Origin: Mobula hypostoma | Lineage: Eukaryota | Assembly: GCF_963921235.1 (NCBI RefSeq) | Contig: NC_086097.1 | Coordinates: forward strand, 204,354,001 to 204,418,000 | Length of the DNA stretch: 64,000 bases | Direction of reading: 5' to 3' | Part shown: in pieces, positions 63,050-64,000 of the stretch | Layout: each line of letters begins with the position of its first letter | Numbering within the stretch: position 1 is the first letter of the stretch | The notes under the pieces: generated by a model | Seen by the model: the letters and a program-made list of their open reading frames with translations, nothing else | Databases searched by the model: none | Told to the model about the DNA's origin: nothing | Translations under genes and position numbers: made by a program

Positions 63050-64000
63050 TGTCACCAGGTTCAGATATGGCCCAACTGCGGAGTGAGAGACACTGAAGCA
63101 GGTCGATAGTTCACAGACTTTAATGCAAACAATGTTAAAGGGAAAAGAAAACAATAAGCGCTAGGCAAAAATAGGGCTGTTAACTAAAACTCTCAGATGG
63201 AAAACGAAGCCTATACTGCAGCTGAAAAACAAACAACTAAGAATAAAATGAGTACTGCTAGTCTTCAGAGTCAGTTGATTTGACAGCCCAATTTCTCAGG
63301 CAAGGCAGAATGCAGGCAGTGAAGCATTGCTGTATCCAAGTCTCGACAAGCACTACAACGACAAATATGAAGTTAAATAGTCTCACAATGAAATAATTAG
63401 CTGACACGTGCATATACACAGGTGCAATCACCGTATCTACTGCGATACCGAATCTGTGGGTGTTACAGGGCCCCCTTCTCTAGGCGCAACCTCTAAGGTG
63501 CCACAGACCTGTGTCCGCTGAAAGTCCCGGATCAGCGACTTGTCTGAGATATCCTTCACCAGCAGCCAAGTACGTTCTTCTGGGCCATACCCTTCCCAGT
63601 CCATAAGGTACTGTATCTTACCACATACCCGGCGAGATGCCAGAAGGCGCCCCACCGTATAGACAAGGAAACCATCTACCTGGTGGGGAGGAGGGGGAGG
63701 TGGGGTGACTGGGGCCAGGGGAGAGGTAGTAACCGGCTTGAGCTGGCAAACATAGAATACTGGGTGGATTTTCAGTGATACGAGTGGACGCAATCTATAG
63801 GACACCTTGTTGACAGCCTTTTCCACTACAAACAGTCTCATATAACGTGGTGCCAATTTCCAGCTCTTGACTTCCAGGGGAAGATCCCTTGATGCCAACT
63901 AGACCTCCTTTCCTGGCTTGAATGGCCTTACCTGTTGACAGAGTCGGTCAGCCTGCCGGGAATGTTGTTCCTGGGCGCGCAGCAAAGAATCTCTGGCTCA
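63050..64000 (-). mobile_element. Chromovirus-type Gypsy, 3' end (integrase C-terminus, chromodomain, PPT, 3' LTR 63050-63467)
   Basis: KLAPRY (GPY/F module), IHPVFYV, YTVGRLL...QYLMDWEGYGPEERTW chromodomain; PPT AGAGAAGGGGGCCC then TGTAAC...GTGACA LTR. Confidence 0.9.

Noticed and set aside
1..64000. CRISPR arrays, rRNA, prokaryotic operons or defence systems
   Set aside because: No regularly spaced repeat-spacer arrays or gene-dense coding; content is vertebrate transposon-rich DNA.

Overview
Eukaryotic, AT-rich, repeat-dominated window with no confidently identifiable host protein-coding gene. The repeat mix suggests a cartilaginous fish, probably a ray (inference): several CR1 LINE subfamilies, Rex1/Babar-like LINEs, two kinds of Penelope-like element, V-SINE/HE1-type SINEs, Tc1/mariner derivatives and two Gypsy lineages. 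Main elements: (1) a young CR1 with an uninterrupted ~1010-aa ORF2 (1-3245); (2) a full-length decayed Gypsy with both LTRs and a 5-bp TSD (7426-13691), inserted in an old LINE and itself interrupted by a Rex1; (3) a near full-length CR1 (31752-36658) carrying a solo LTR; (4) a chromodomain Gypsy at the right edge. Best lead: in two different CR1 subfamilies ORF1 ends in U_UUA_AAC_stop, ORF2 is in the -1 frame, and it has no AUG before its endonuclease motifs, which suggests programmed -1 ribosomal frameshifting. Also notable: minimal hammerhead ribozyme motifs in Penelope-like termini, a bipartite Rex1 derivative, a 5'-inverted CR1, and a palindromic templated insertion. All boundaries and similarities were judged by eye; no searches were run.
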